Assembly: GCA_013202715.1 (NCBI GenBank) | Contig: JABMRF010000040.1 | Coordinates: 4,376 to 68,375 of the forward strand | Reading direction: 5' to 3' | Source: Candidatus Kuenenbacteria bacterium | GTDB lineage: Bacteria > Patescibacteriota > Patescibacteriia > UBA11705 > JABHMO01 | DNA: 64,000 nt | In this document: positions 56,080-64,000 of the stretch, one piece after another | How positions within the stretch are numbered: the first letter of the stretch is position 1 | Layout: each line of letters opens with the position of its first letter | Notes under the pieces: generated by a model | What the model was told of the DNA's origin: nothing | What the model saw: only the letters and a program-made list of their open reading frames with translations | The model's database searches: none | Made by a program: the position numbers and the translations under genes

Positions 56080-56108
56080 TTGACTTTTATTTAAATATAT
56101 GCTATAAT
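56080..56108 (+). promoter_or_regulatory. consensus promoter TTGACT-17-tgcTATAAT
   Basis: TTGACT 56080-56085, TATAAT 56103-56108 with TGn. Confidence 0.7.
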
Positions 56109-56153
56109 ACAACAATCGAACAAAAATGAGATGAACCTTAATAATCTACTTTC

Positions 56154-56217
56154 GGCAGCTATGCCAGGGACGTATGTGCCCATAATAGCAAAGGACAAAA
56201 CATGAATCTGATCAACA
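56154..56217 (+). repeat. duplicated 5' block, copy 1 (leader plus first codons MNLINK)
   Basis: ggcagctatgccagggacgtatgtgcccataatagcaaaggac...ATGaatctgatca identical to 56539-56602. Confidence 0.9.
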
Positions 56218-56456
56218 AGGCCTGGAACGTGACCGTGACCTACAACACCAAGCTGGCAATCAGCTGGGGCGTTTTCGCCCTGTTCCTCATCTGTGCCTCG
56301 ATCTGCATCCCGCCTGCGATCGCTCTGATCGAGGAGGGAGTGTATCACTCGAGGAGCTTCGTCACCGAAACGGTATTCGCCTACACCGCCACGGCGGGGT
56401 TGGTCAGCACCTTCGCCGATTGGCGCTACAAGCTCATCTTCTTCAATCGCAGCTAG
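56202..56456 (+). CDS. small 2-TM membrane protein (84 aa), GC-rich
   Basis: ATG 56202 after AAGGA; two hydrophobic helices; GC about 58%. Confidence 0.55.
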   Translation: MNLINKAWNVTVTYNTKLAISWGVFALFLICASICIPPAIALIEEGVYHSRSFVTETVFAYTATAGLVSTFADWRYKLIFFNRS

Positions 56457-56538
56457 GGACATCATCACGCTCGTGATCAGATGATTCCCCCGTCCATTCC
56501 TGCCATTCGGAAAAGACTCAAATCACAATTTAATCTGG

Positions 56539-56602
56539 GGCAGCTATGCCAGGGACGTATGTGCCCATAATAGCAAAGGACCAAAAATGAATCTGATCAG
56601 CA
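56539..56602 (+). repeat. duplicated 5' block, copy 2 (leader plus first codons MNLISK)
   Basis: 43-nt perfect identity to copy 1 plus identical first 13 coding nt. Confidence 0.9.
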
Positions 56603-57156
56603 AAGTCTGGGACAGGACCTTCAAGATGGCAGTCGTGTTTTGCTTGGTGTTGTTCGCGATCGCGATCACCGGCTGCGATTTCGGAGGAGACGATACTCCG
56701 GAAGAAACCACCATGGAAGCGACACAGTCGCAAGGAGAAGTGCTCGAGGAAACGGTAGTCTCGGAAACAGAGCTCTATGTGTCCGTCATGGGATGCTTCC
56801 CGGTGCCCCAGTCGGACTTCGAGAACGGCATCAAGCCGGACTGGACCGGTACGATTTCCTACATCACACCCAATCCCGAAATGACGAGTACAAAAGTCAT
56901 CACGATCACCGACATTCCGGTAACCCTGGGAGGATGCTTCGTCACCCTCTACGTGCCACTGAAGGACATCGAACTCGGGTTCTGGATCAACACCTCCGAG
57001 GGGTGGGAGAACTCCCAAAGCCCCTATCTTGCAGAGGTCCGATTCCTCACGACCACTTACGGTCAAGAGGGCAATCAGATCGAAACTCGAAAGGTCAATA
57101 TCGGAGAAGAAGAATCTGCCGGCTTCCCTATCTGGGATGCCAACACCTACCAGTAA
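56587..57156 (+). CDS. lipoprotein (189 aa), GC-rich
   Basis: signal peptide plus lipobox AITGC; terminator downstream. Confidence 0.6.
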   Translation: MNLISKVWDRTFKMAVVFCLVLFAIAITGCDFGGDDTPEETTMEATQSQGEVLEETVVSETELYVSVMGCFPVPQSDFENGIKPDWTGTISYITPNPEMTSTKVITITDIPVTLGGCFVTLYVPLKDIELGFWINTSEGWENSQSPYLAEVRFLTTTYGQEGNQIETRKVNIGEEESAGFPIWDANTYQ

Positions 57157-57185
57157 GCCCACACTTGGGCATACTTCAGACATCA

Positions 57186-57225
57186 AAGGGCTCAACCTTA
57201 TCTCAGGTTGGGCTCTTTTTCTTTT
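57186..57225. terminator. bidirectional terminator (for the 56587 gene and dnaK)
   Basis: gggctcaacct-tatctc-aggttgggct then ctttttcttttt. Confidence 0.6.
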
Positions 57226-57229
57226 TAAA

Positions 57230-59161
57230 TTATTTCTTTTCTTCGAAGTCAGCATCCTGCGTATTCGAATCATCATCAGCTTTTTTTTCTTCAGTTTCAT
57301 TACTATCGCCTTTATCTCCTGTTTCCCCTGCTTCTCCTGTCTTCCCTTGTTCCGCCGCCTGTGCCTTGTACATTTCTTCCCCAGCCTTCATCGCAATCTT
57401 ATTAATCTCTTCCAATTTCGCTTTGATCGCTTCTGTATCTTCTCCGTCTTTAATTTTTTTAAGCTCTTCGACTTTTTCAGTTAGATCTTTTTTGATATCT
57501 TCTGAAATTTTATCACCGGACTCTTTCATCATTTTTTCTGTTGTATAACAAACTGAATCAGCCTGATTTTTAATTTCAATCGCGTCTTTCTTTTTCTTGT
57601 CTTCATCAGCATGTTCCTCAGCATCCTTTTTCATTTTTTCAATTTCTTCTTTACTTAAACCGGACGAAGCGGTAATTGTAATTGCCTGTTCTTTATTGGT
57701 AGCTTTATCTTTGGCTTTAACGTTCATAATACCGTTGGCATCAATATCAAAACTAACCTCAACTTGCGGTACGCCGCGTGGCGCTGGTGGAATTCCGTCA
57801 AGAATAAAACGACCCAAGGTTTTGTTTCCCTCAGACATCTCACGCTCACCCTGAAGCACGTGAATTTCAACTGTGTTCTGATTATCAGCTGCAGTTGAAA
57901 AGACTTGTGACTTTGAAGCTGGGATAGTCGTATTTTTTTCAATAAGTTTTGTCATCACACCACCCAGAGTTTCAATTCCGACTGAAAGTGGAGTTACGTC
58001 AAGTAATAGAACGTCTTTAACATCACCCTGTAAAACACCGGCTTGAACTGCGGCGCCGGAAGCAACAACTTCGTCAGGATTAACGCCAACGTGCGGTTTT
58101 TTTCCGAAGAATTCTTCCACTTTTTTTAATACCAATGGCATACGGGTCATTCCCCCAACCATGATAATTTCCTCAATATCTTCAACTTTGAATCCAGCAT
58201 CAGCTAAAGCTTTTTTACATGGTTCAAGTGTTTTATCAACTAAAGGAGTAACTAATTCTTCAAGTTTTGCCCGAGTCATTTTTTTAACTAAATGAACAGG
58301 ATTACCTGAAGGATCCTGAGCAACAAACGGTTGATTAATTTCAGTTTCCTGCGCAGTTGATAATTCAATCTTTGCTTTTTCCGCAGCTTCTTTAACTCGC
58401 TGTAAAGCCATTTGATCTCCACTTAAGTCGACACCGGTTTCAGTTTTAAATTCTTTAATTATCCAGTCGATGATTACTTTATCAAAATCATCACCACCAA
58501 GATGGGTATCGCCATTAGTGGATTTAACTTCAACGGTATCTTCGCCAACATCTAAAATTGAAATATCAAAAGTACCGCCACCCAAATCATAAACTGCGAT
58601 CTGTTCCCCTTTTTTCTTATCAAATCCGTAAGCTAGGGCCGCAGCAGTTGGTTCATTAATAATTCGACGAACTTTTAGTCCGGCAATTTCACCGGCATCT
58701 TTTGTGGCTTGTCTTTGTGCATCGTTAAAATAGGCTGGCACAGTAATTACAACTTCATCAATTTTCTCACCAATTTTTTCTTCCGCATCTGCTTTCATTT
58801 TTTGAAGTAGCATTGCTGAAATCTCTTGCGGAGTATATTCTTTATCCGCCATTTTGACTTTGACGCCATCACCTGATTCAACCAATTCATAAGGTAATGT
58901 TTCTTTGTCTTTTTGAACTTCGTCATCTGAATAACTGAGCCCAATCAATCTTTTGATTGAAAAAACTGTGTCTTTTGGATTAGTTACTGCTTGCCGCTTT
59001 GCAGGCAATCCTACCAATCGCTCACCGGTCTTGCCAATCGCAATTACTGACGGAGTTGTTCGGCTCCCCTCTTTATTTTCTAAAATTTTTGGCTTCCCTC
59101 CCTCAACAATTGCCATGCAACTGTTTGTTGTTCCTAAATCAATCCCGAGTATCTTTGACAT
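57230..59161 (-). CDS. dnaK: chaperone DnaK (Hsp70)
   Basis: [19 protein letters not shown], full Hsp70 architecture. Confidence 0.95.
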   Translation of the reverse strand: MSKILGIDLGTTNSCMAIVEGGKPKILENKEGSRTTPSVIAIGKTGERLVGLPAKRQAVTNPKDTVFSIKRLIGLSYSDDEVQKDKETLPYELVESGDGVKVKMADKEYTPQEISAMLLQKMKADAEEKIGEKIDEVVITVPAYFNDAQRQATKDAGEIAGLKVRRIINEPTAAALAYGFDKKKGEQIAVYDLGGGTFDISILDVGEDTVEVKSTNGDTHLGGDDFDKVIIDWIIKEFKTETGVDLSGDQMALQRVKEAAEKAKIELSTAQETEINQPFVAQDPSGNPVHLVKKMTRAKLEELVTPLVDKTLEPCKKALADAGFKVEDIEEIIMVGGMTRMPLVLKKVEEFFGKKPHVGVNPDEVVASGAAVQAGVLQGDVKDVLLLDVTPLSVGIETLGGVMTKLIEKNTTIPASKSQVFSTAADNQNTVEIHVLQGEREMSEGNKTLGRFILDGIPPAPRGVPQVEVSFDIDANGIMNVKAKDKATNKEQAITITASSGLSKEEIEKMKKDAEEHADEDKKKKDAIEIKNQADSVCYTTEKMMKESGDKISEDIKKDLTEKVEELKKIKDGEDTEAIKAKLEEINKIAMKAGEEMYKAQAAEQGKTGEAGETGDKGDSNETEEKKADDDSNTQDADFEEKK

Positions 59162-59180
59162 ATTTACTATTTGTTAATAA

Positions 59181-59267
59181 TACATGATCCACTGATCTTC
59201 TACATGATCTACTGATAAACACTTAATAAATCATGTGGATCAGTAGCAAATCACGTAGATCAAGTAT
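59181..59267. repeat. ~85-bp palindromic repeat element (same family as 44099-44176, inverse orientation)
   Basis: tacatgatccactgatcttctacatgatctactgat...atcatgtggatcagtagcaaatcacgtagatcaagta. Confidence 0.8.
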
Positions 59268-59289
59268 TAAAACGTAATTCTTATAAATG

Positions 59290-59436
59290 TTATTTATTTG
59301 TATTAATTTCTTTGTCATTATTTTCCTCATCAACACTGTCTAATCGTCCGACACTAGAGGCAATTCCCTTTAATGTACCGGCCAGCCAAATAGATATGAT
59401 AAGTAGTATCTTTCTAATAATTTTAGGTAATTTCAT
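59290..59436 (-). CDS. possible small secreted/hydrophobic peptide (48 aa) translationally coupled to grpE
   Basis: ATG 1 nt after grpE TAA; MKLPKIIRKILLIISIWLAGTLKG... signal-like; below the ORF-track size cutoff. Confidence 0.3.
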   Translation of the reverse strand: MKLPKIIRKILLIISIWLAGTLKGIASSVGRLDSVDEENNDKEINTNK

Positions 59437-59437
59437 A

Positions 59438-59989
59438 TTATTCTTCTTTACCAACAATTACTTTTGCAACTTGAACACATTTATTGTTCAAAGTATATCC
59501 AGCTCGCACCTCTTGAACAATTATATTGTTCGCCTTTACTTCTTTTTTTGAAGGGGGCTCCATAGTTCTGCCAGAGGCAGACTGTGGAGTCCTTGTAGGG
59601 ATCTTTGAATCTTCCACCGCTTCATGTAAATTTGAGTCAAACTTCTCCCCTACTGTTTTCACGGCCTCAACACCATTTTGACTTAAAAAATCCTCAAGCT
59701 GCTTCTTGATATACCCGAAACCAACCACCCACGGACTATCTTTTTCGTCTTCAGGGATCTGATTAAAGGCAGCTTTGAAATTATCCAAAACCGGTAAAAT
59801 CTCCATGATCAAGTTCGCATTTGCATACTTAACGTAATCATTTCTCTTGCCATCAAATTCTTTTACCAGGTTCTGATAATCAGCTTGTGCCCTTTTCCAA
59901 CCGTTAAGGTATTCTTCACATTTTTGTTTGAGGTCTTCTTCTTTACTTTTACCTTTTACCTTTGACCTTTTAACTTTTTTTTCTGCCAT
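59438..59989 (-). CDS. grpE: nucleotide exchange factor GrpE
   Basis: GrpE coiled-coil and C-terminal beta domain (DYQNLVKEFDGKR..., GVEAV...GEKFDSNLHEAV). Confidence 0.85.
   Translation of the reverse strand: MAEKKVKRSKVKGKSKEEDLKQKCEEYLNGWKRAQADYQNLVKEFDGKRNDYVKYANANLIMEILPVLDNFKAAFNQIPEDEKDSPWVVGFGYIKKQLEDFLSQNGVEAVKTVGEKFDSNLHEAVEDSKIPTRTPQSASGRTMEPPSKKEVKANNIIVQEVRAGYTLNNKCVQVAKVIVGKEE
59942..59982. repeat. GGTAAAA-family heptamer array inside the grpE 5' coding region (encodes KVKRSKVKGKSK)
   Basis: tttacttttaccttttacctttgaccttttaac. Confidence 0.8.
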
Positions 59990-59995
59990 ATATTT

Positions 59996-60688
59996 TTATG
60001 TTAACAATTTAACAGATTCCCTCACCAGCGCATAATTCTTCTGATAGTTCATGCGCATTGGTCCGATCAGCGCGATTATTCCTTTATATTTTCCCAATTG
60101 ATATTTAAACACAACTAAACTACAATCACAGCCAATCGGATTTTTTGAACCGATAAATACCTCCGGCTCATCAAAATCTTTTTCATCAAGCTCAAAAACT
60201 TTCGTATCCAGTCGATCAATCACTGATGACAGATTAACAACCAAATCAGAATTCTGGAATTCCGGTTGTGAAAATATATTCGATAATCCAGTGTAATAGT
60301 TATCACACTCGGCAAATGTAACCATCACTCCCTGCTTTGAAAGCGCGGCAATTTTCTTGGCAAAGTTTTTGATTTTTACTCGGTCTTCAGTTTCCTGTTT
60401 TTTTATTTCTTCGAGCAAGTTTTTTTCCATTGCATTTAATTCTTTTTCTTTGTCCAAATAATTTTCCACATAAAACTGGTAAGCTTTCTCCGTCGGAACT
60501 CTACCCGCTGAAGTGTGGGGTTGAAAAATGTAACCTTCGTTTTCGAGTGCTACCAATTCGTTCCGAATAGTGGCCGGACTGATTTTCTCTTTCATTTTTC
60601 CCACCAAAAAGCTGGAAGCAAGTGGTTTTGCATCCTTTATAAAGGCGTCGATGATTCTTTTTAGAAGTTGTTTTTGCCTCTCGTTCAT
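59996..60688 (-). CDS. hrcA: heat-inducible transcription repressor HrcA (short form)
   Basis: N-terminal wHTH (QLLKRIIDAFIKDAKPLASSFL), HrcA C-domain; operon hrcA-grpE-dnaK. Confidence 0.8.
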   Translation of the reverse strand: MNERQKQLLKRIIDAFIKDAKPLASSFLVGKMKEKISPATIRNELVALENEGYIFQPHTSAGRVPTEKAYQFYVENYLDKEKELNAMEKNLLEEIKKQETEDRVKIKNFAKKIAALSKQGVMVTFAECDNYYTGLSNIFSQPEFQNSDLVVNLSSVIDRLDTKVFELDEKDFDEPEVFIGSKNPIGCDCSLVVFKYQLGKYKGIIALIGPMRMNYQKNYALVRESVKLLT

Positions 60689-60693
60689 ATGAA

Positions 60694-60740
60694 ATCATTT
60701 TAACACACCTCTTAGCACTCGTCAAGAGGGACTGCCAGTT
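60694..60740 (-). promoter_or_regulatory. hrcA promoter (TTGACG-17-TAAAAT, 8 nt before ATG) overlapping a partial CIRCE-like inverted repeat
   Basis: TTAGCACTC-N9-GACTGCCAG on plus strand (left half perfect CIRCE, right half 6/9). Confidence 0.5.
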
Positions 60741-60763
60741 GTTTTTTAGAATAAAAAAAGACG

Positions 60764-60792
60764 CGATTTCGTAGTTACGAAATCGCGTTGTG
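60764..60792 (-). terminator. rho-independent terminator
   Basis: 13-bp stem acgcgatttcgta/tacgaaatcgcgt then T-run on minus strand. Confidence 0.75.
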
Positions 60793-60801
60793 TTGTTTTC
60801 T

Positions 60802-61200
60802 CTAAAACAATCTAGGAAACTGAGCGTCTGTGCAGTCCAGACCTTCATCAATGAGTCCATCGCAGTCATTGTCGTAAAGGTCACCACAAATCTCAACCCC
60901 ACCATTTGACTCTGTCTTGCAGGAATACTCTCCACATCCCGGAATGGAATCATAAGTGAGCGGATCGCCGTCCAAATCAACCAGCCAAGACGGACACTCC
61001 CCCTCCGCCACCTCAGCACCGGGAACTTCTGCTTGAGCGCCCTGTTCCTTCTTGAGTGCTTCAACAGTTTTTTCCAGCACTTCAATTCGCGCCAGCATAG
61101 CCTCGTCTGCTTCCGTCCTTTTTTGAATACCATACCCCAAACACGCAAACCCGAAAGCTACAGCCACACACAGAAACGTAACTCTTCTATTTAGACTCAT
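60802..61200 (-). CDS. secreted Cys/Asp-rich protein with putative metal-binding repeat
   Basis: signal peptide; DLDGDPLTYDSIPGCGEY...CGDLYDNDCDGLIDEGLDC; GC about 52%. Confidence 0.55.
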   Translation of the reverse strand: MSLNRRVTFLCVAVAFGFACLGYGIQKRTEADEAMLARIEVLEKTVEALKKEQGAQAEVPGAEVAEGECPSWLVDLDGDPLTYDSIPGCGEYSCKTESNGGVEICGDLYDNDCDGLIDEGLDCTDAQFPRLF

Positions 61201-61242
61201 GTGCTCCTCCTTTTCAGTTTAAGTTATACTATTCCACTTTAC

Positions 61243-62223
61243 TCACTGTTCATTCATACTCATCATCTGTTCACGCCAAACAATCTTGGCGGACTTGGGA
61301 ACAAAGTGAAGTGTACCACTCGGGCAAACCACACCAGTTCCGGAGACCGGGATTGTATAACGAACCAAATATTCATCGTCAGTTTCACCGATCAACTCCA
61401 GCTCCCCTCGTCTATCTTGCATACACCGACGAGAGTATTCAAAGCTGATGTTGCCGTTGAAAATCTTTTCCGGATTCACAACGGTCACGTATTGCCAATG
61501 AAACGAATCCGCTACCGGCCCAGGGATTCCCCAACTCTGATATCGTTCCATCAAACTGGCGACCAATTGCTTTCGCTCTTTTTCCTGTTCTTCTTCCAGG
61601 AGGAAGCGAGCAATGTCGTCCGCTGCCATAAACGTACGAGTTCCCGTAGGGCAATCATCGCTGTAAGCCTCTTCGGGCGCTGTGTACTCCACGTAGTAAG
61701 TACCCTCATAGGAAAGTCGAACTCTCAACTCTCCATGACGATTGAAGCCGCACCTGTCCCGAAACACGAATTCGCGATTGCAATTACTCAGAATCTCCAG
61801 GTTGGCTATCACAGTTCTCTCCCAATGAGTCAAACGAATTGGGGCGCTGGGCTCGATTTCGTCGATGATTTTGTCCAGATCAGCAATCAGTTCAATCTCA
61901 ACGTCTGATCGCATCCTCGATTGAGCAACCTGCTCTTTAGAAGGTTGCTCGACAACTTCCGGCTGAACTGCCTGATCATTATAAACAATGTTATTTATCT
62001 GGTGAACAAGCTGGTTCATTCCATAAACATACAGAACCAAACTGGCTTCTGCTACAAACTTGAACTCCTGGTCATACTCACCTTGCTCACAAACGGACTC
62101 AGTTTCTCCTGCTACAAAATCTTGACTCTGAGCATTCTCATAGCCAAAAAGTCCATAGCTCAGAAGGCACACAGCAACGCAAATCAAGACAATCCCGCTC
62201 GCAATTTGAAGTGCTTTCTTCAT
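61243..62223 (-). CDS. secreted hypothetical protein with internal duplication
   Basis: GGAGG RBS; signal peptide; two related segments (R.RCG..R.GEL...Y.V.YT.P...CPTGT). Confidence 0.55.
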   Translation of the reverse strand: MKKALQIASGIVLICVAVCLLSYGLFGYENAQSQDFVAGETESVCEQGEYDQEFKFVAEASLVLYVYGMNQLVHQINNIVYNDQAVQPEVVEQPSKEQVAQSRMRSDVEIELIADLDKIIDEIEPSAPIRLTHWERTVIANLEILSNCNREFVFRDRCGFNRHGELRVRLSYEGTYYVEYTAPEEAYSDDCPTGTRTFMAADDIARFLLEEEQEKERKQLVASLMERYQSWGIPGPVADSFHWQYVTVVNPEKIFNGNISFEYSRRCMQDRRGELELIGETDDEYLVRYTIPVSGTGVVCPSGTLHFVPKSAKIVWREQMMSMNEQ

Positions 62224-62415
62224 GATAATCCTCCGTAAGAGTTTATTGTCAATTTACACTATAACAGAAGATTATAGCACTCATTTATAAAAAAGTCAAG
62301 TTTCAAAGGAGAAAATGACAACAAATTATTTAAATTTACATAAAAAAGAAGCTCATCACCTCGTTTTTATTTACTTACCCTAGATTGAATTGATGATTTT
62401 TATATTTAACAAAAA

Positions 62416-62446
62416 GGCTCTAGGTTGAAAACCTAGAGCCTACCGC
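62416..62446 (-). terminator. rho-independent terminator
   Basis: ggctctagg-ttgaaaa-cctagagcc followed by T-run on minus strand. Confidence 0.7.
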
Positions 62447-62460
62447 TTGATAAGCGGAGT

Positions 62461-62751
62461 CTATGAAAAAATGGCCATTCCAGCACCTGCTGAAGCAAAA
62501 AGAAGAATAGCCCAGTAGAGAACTGACAAGAACCACACACCCACACTGGGAAATCCCTTCCTACTTAAAGGCAGAAGAAAACTTGCCGCACAACCGATAA
62601 GAATGCTCCCAGTTAAGAGCTCATTGAGATTGTGAGGACCAACAATACCTCCAGGGTGAAAAGTGGCCCAAACAGCAACAAGAAAAGCAGACAAAGCTAC
62701 AAGCAAATCTCTCCACGAATGCTCTTCCCAAAACTTTTTCAAAGTACTCAT
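62461..62751 (-). CDS. membrane protein (96 aa, 3 TM)
   Basis: hydrophobic helices; terminator downstream. Confidence 0.5.
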   Translation of the reverse strand: MSTLKKFWEEHSWRDLLVALSAFLVAVWATFHPGGIVGPHNLNELLTGSILIGCAASFLLPLSRKGFPSVGVWFLSVLYWAILLFASAGAGMAIFS

Positions 62752-62855
62752 TGAAACCCCTTTTTGGTTTATTATCTCAAATTACACCATAACTGAGAAG
62801 TATAGCACAATTTTAATAACCCGTCAATACCCAATAGCTAATTTTACACAAAAAA

Positions 62856-62880
62856 TGAGCAAAATTGCTCATTTTTGACT
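62856..62880. terminator. bidirectional terminator
   Basis: atgagc-aaaatt-gctcat with flanking A and T runs. Confidence 0.6.
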
Positions 62881-62927
62881 TATGCGGTCCTGTTAAATGG
62901 GGTTTACCAAATGATGGGACAGAGTCC

Positions 62928-64000
62928 CTACTTCACGGGGCCGTCCTTTATTTTCCCTTTATCATCATAAATCAATTTAGTTGTAATTGTGCCCAAAGAC
63001 TTTACAATCGTTTGGCCGGTAACATTATCAGTTCCAGTTATTTTCAGATCTGTTAATAATGGCGGATATGTTCCGATTTGGCCGGCAGTTGGAATTATGC
63101 CCACCTCGAATGCAAACCCGATGTTAGCCGGATCAACTGGGACTTTGGAAATCTGCCAAGTTAAAGTTTTTGTTCCTGCATCATATTTAATCGGATCGCC
63201 GACCGGCACGTTGCTCTTATCATTCCACGAGACGTTGAACGGAAGTTTACCAGAGACCGTTACATTTTCTACATCATTGATGTCGTTAATCATTTTCGCA
63301 AATATCCAATACTTATTTTCTTTGGCAACGCGCGGTGGCAATGGTCCACGCCCGAGCTGATCACCAGTCTTTGCATAATACATTGAATAAGCCTGAACTG
63401 ACAGATTGCTATTCAATTTTAGAAACTGATCATGCCCCACTACCTGAACTTTCTGCTCGTCCAGCTTGTAAGAGTAATTCAATTGAGTACCAAGCCCGAG
63501 CGCGTTAGAGCCAGGAACATATTCTCTGGTTTTGACTTTGAATTTAATTTCTCCAGACTCGCCCGGTTGCAATAATGCCAGACGTGCAATTTCCTTGAAA
63601 TCCCAAATCAACTTCTGGTTTTCCAGTCGGCCATTTTCCTTTTCAATAACCCCAGTATTCCAATAATCTGAGCTAAGATCCAACTCCATTTGAATATTTT
63701 CAATTGTATACTTGCCCTTGTTTTGATAACTAAGAGTCATTGGCACATAGTCGCCAGGAGTAACCGCTTCACCATCTATTTCAAGATCATAGTCAACGAT
63801 AAATTTTGACTCAACGATCTGACCCTTTTTTAGCCAATGAGTTTGAGTTAGCTGCTCCCCGTCTCTGGTCCAAAAAACATCAAAGCTAAAATCTTGATTG
63901 CCCTCTCCGGCATCAATTCGAAGCGGGATTACAAAGTCGGCACTATCGCCCGGCCCGAAATTAAACGACTCCAAGCCATCGTGCATACCGTGATAAACTT
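62928..64000 (-). CDS. large secreted beta-rich hypothetical protein; N-terminus likely beyond the window end
   Basis: open in frame to position 64000; no stop upstream of the listed Met. Confidence 0.55.
   Translation of the reverse strand, partial: VYHGMHDGLESFNFGPGDSADFVIPLRIDAGEGNQDFSFDVFWTRDGEQLTQTHWLKKGQIVESKFIVDYDLEIDGEAVTPGDYVPMTLSYQNKGKYTIENIQMELDLSSDYWNTGVIEKENGRLENQKLIWDFKEIARLALLQPGESGEIKFKVKTREYVPGSNALGLGTQLNYSYKLDEQKVQVVGHDQFLKLNSNLSVQAYSMYYAKTGDQLGRGPLPPRVAKENKYWIFAKMINDINDVENVTVSGKLPFNVSWNDKSNVPVGDPIKYDAGTKTLTWQISKVPVDPANIGFAFEVGIIPTAGQIGTYPPLLTDLKITGTDNVTGQTIVKSLGTITTKLIYDDKGKIKDGPVK

Noticed and set aside
56091-57548. ORFs 56091-56468 (-), 56530-57300 (-) and 56640-57548 (+)
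   Set aside because: Alternative-frame or antisense products of the high-GC cassette. The plus-strand genes at 56202 and 56587 have promoter, RBS, signal peptide/lipobox and terminator.
60501-61908. ORFs 60501-61148 (-) and 61201-61908 (+)
   Set aside because: Overlapping, out-of-frame or antisense ORFs typical of GC-rich DNA. The secreted-protein genes 60802-61200 and 61243-62223 have signal peptides and an RBS.
3811-62928. tRNA, rRNA or tmRNA genes in intergenic regions
   Set aside because: No cloverleaf-type GTTCGAATC T-loop or anticodon-arm pattern and no rRNA-like conserved blocks were recognised by eye. Absence cannot be proven without a tRNAscan/Infernal run.

Overview
The window is AT-rich (roughly 35-40% GC) and almost every gene runs on the minus strand. 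Reduced versions of core proteins (for example a 617-aa AlaRS lacking the C-Ala domain, and a short HrcA) suggest a small-genome bacterium, possibly a Candidate Phyla Radiation (CPR)/Patescibacteria-like lineage. Recognisable content includes a type IV pilus cluster (two prepilins, PilC, PilB, PilO-like, PilN-like and PilM). The heat-shock region is hrcA-grpE-dnaK, with dnaJ further downstream. The aminoacyl-tRNA synthetases are alaS, glyQS and cysS. Other housekeeping genes are mnmA, rnhA, recJ, lepA, murJ, frr, holB, mreB, dus, a PBP5-type D-Ala-D-Ala carboxypeptidase and a family 1 glycosyltransferase. An ADP-forming acetyl-CoA synthetase sits next to a PduL-type phosphotransacylase, giving an acetate/ATP module. 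A REP-associated tyrosine transposase (RAYT) is accompanied by two copies of its REP palindrome. Accessory content is concentrated in several GC-rich (about 50-58%) islands. The first spans 1-5550 and carries SBP / vWA lipoprotein / SBP-OmpA fusion / membrane protein genes. The others are at 7859-8218, 26400-28000, 30000-31500, 49300-49600, 56080-57225 (inserted between dnaK and dnaJ) and 60760-62260. Several of these small plus-strand genes are driven by textbook TTGAC(A/T)-17-tgcTATAAT promoters. Non-coding DNA carries many short repeat families: ATCCGCG 10-11-mers at four intergenic loci, heptamer arrays of GGTAAAA-type and AGTCNNN-type, a GGGTAATT octamer array, two 34-bp perfect GC-rich palindromes, and a roughly 80-bp palindromic element upstream of both frr and dnaK. 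Many genes have a -10 hexamer only 6-10 nt upstream of the ATG, which suggests leaderless mRNAs alongside classical AGGAGG-led genes. No rRNA, tRNA or CRISPR array was recognised by eye. Several 'M' starts in the supplied ORF track are actually TTG codons, so starts were re-assigned where an ATG with an RBS or -10 box was visible.
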